A stretch of DNA of 63,770 nucleotides, the filler included, from Chiloscyllium plagiosum (lineage: Eukaryota): assembly GCF_004010195.1 (NCBI RefSeq). It is 4 parts of one record of this genome, joined end to end, with 100 filler letters (N's around TTAATTAATTAA, not from the genome) between each part and the next. Parts side by side here need not be neighbours in the genome. Positions count along the whole stretch, not along the records: positions 60,952 to 63,770 come from NC_057717.1; 3 more parts are not named here. One strand, given 5' to 3'. The notes beneath the pieces were generated by a model that saw only the letters and a list, made by a program, of their open reading frames with translations, had not been told where the DNA came from and made no database searches. The first letter of the stretch is position 1. The number at the start of each line of letters is the position of its first letter. Position numbers and translations under genes: made by a program. Shown piece by piece: positions 62,115 through 63,770 of the stretch.

Positions 62115-63770
62115 CTATCACCACGTGATGGTATTTGAAAGGTGAGAGAGAAAGAGAGAAAGGGGAAAGGCGCTGTTTGCAGCAGTGAGAGTGATGGAGC
62201 ATGAGCCTTGTTCGGATAGGTACTATAACAGATATACAGTGTTTATAGTGTGGGCGGAAAGTGGCGAGAGAGAGAGAGGAGGTGCTGCATGCAGCAGTGA
62301 GAGTGGTGGAGCATGAGCCTTGTTCGGGGGTAGATGCTGTAACAGATTTCAATGAGTGTGCAGGAGCAGAGAGAAGAAGGTTACCCTTATCCTGGCAGAA
62401 TGGGGAAGGTTATTGATGCCTGTCCTGTACTGTTGGACATTTCTTCAGACCACAGATCCTGCATTGAGCTGGTCGGTGAGCTGCCACCATTGTGCACGGC
62501 AGCTCCAAACTGAGAAACTCAACAGTTTGCCAATTGGCATTTTAAAGATGGTACCAGTGCCAGGAATCACAGAATATCCATGGGGCATCCAAGCGATGGT
62601 GTTTACCTCCAGGGTGGGAGAATTTGGCCCGTGGGGTGGGGTGAGTAGTTAATGAGGTAAGTTCGATAAGATAGCACCAGGAAACTAACTCGGCCTTGTA
62701 CAGATAATCCCTCAGTCACACTCAATGAAAATAGCACTGAGATAAATTATTGTTAGTTTCTGCCCAATGAGTTGCAGAATCTGCTGACCCTACTCCCAGT
62801 TACAAAGCTGAAGAACAAATGCTCACCCAAAACCTCCATCATCCGAACTCACACCAATATCAAATTCACCCATCATTCCTGGGAATACTGGCTCACGTTG
62901 CAGGATGCTGTCAAATTATCTTCGTTTCGGCATTCTGAAACCTGTGATCTTCCATGAAATTGTCTCTCAATCTCCCTTTCCCTTTTTTCCCCAAAATTAT
63001 TTTGTTTTTTGATATTTAAACTGATCCCCCCACCATATCTCTCTGGCAGTGACGTTCACACCCACAGCACCCCCTTGTCATGGCACAATGGACATATGGG
63101 GCTGTAAATGGATGGGAGCTGCACATCCTATCACTTCCAGCATAGGCTGCAAGTTTCTTCACTATGGGCAATGATCTACCACAGTGTTACTGAGCAATAT
63201 ACTGGAGTTGTGAAAACACATGCTTTGACGGTAACTGCTCCAGGTTCACATATCCATTCACTGCACAGCTCCCCATACTGTACAGATGCCTTGCCCACGT
63301 CAATAGCGCAAGACACTGGTGCGGGCTGCATATCAGCCCATGCTGGACAGAATGTTTCGTCAGTATTTCTGAATCAGTGCATCGGTGTGTACTGTACTGC
63401 TCCACGTGTTGGACAGATAGCTAGTGGACTGAAGAGACCTGTGCTATATTCCATCCTGGACTGATTGCTGGGTTGCACTGAACCTGGTCTGCACAGTGCT
63501 CCATCTTGAGCAGATACCTCACCTGGGTTTATATGGTCTGGGCTGGATCTGTGAAGTGGATTAACTATGCGATATAATATCACTCCTCCAGCCTGGCGCA
63601 TTCCGCTGTCAAATCATGCTTCTGTAACATGTTGTTCATTAAGTAATTCGCCAATTAAAACGTGAATATCTGTCCTTTTTGTTATGGAACTGAGCAGACA
63701 CATCTCAAAATATATGATGAAGGTGATCTTGACCTGAACATTTTCTTATTTATAAGGTAAATGTGAAGTG

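Larger units (their letters stand above)
61010..63050. repeat. Duplicated block, inverted paralogue of about 35210-36680
   Basis: See 35210-36680; this copy has about 1 kb of extra internal sequence and lacks the PLE insertion. Confidence 0.9.

Noticed and set aside
63374..63376. In-frame TGA as selenocysteine
   Set aside because: No recognisable selenoprotein context or SECIS element seen.

Overview
Eukaryotic genomic DNA, almost certainly from a shark (HE1 SINEs, CR1/HER1-type LINEs, shark-type Penelope elements; an orectolobiform species is my inference), from a gapped draft assembly. No prokaryotic features, no CRISPR array, no rRNA or tRNA genes and no complete recognisable protein-coding gene. 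Most of the window is decayed mobile DNA: CR1 and Rex1/Babar-like LINEs, a LINE with a tRNA-like head plus related SINEs, several Penelope-like elements (PLEs) carrying minimal hammerhead-ribozyme motifs, a full-length Gmr1-type Gypsy LTR retrotransposon (22183-28811, integrase before RT) and a retroviral-type 3' LTR. Host-derived content is (i) two paralogous minus-strand first exons of a GPR139-like GPCR, one intact (31751-31925) and one pseudogenised (about 14.1-14.2 kb), with no TM2-TM7 exon visible, and (ii) duplicated exon-like segments of an unidentified gene in direct and inverted blocks between 35 and 63.6 kb. Most repeat boundaries are approximate.
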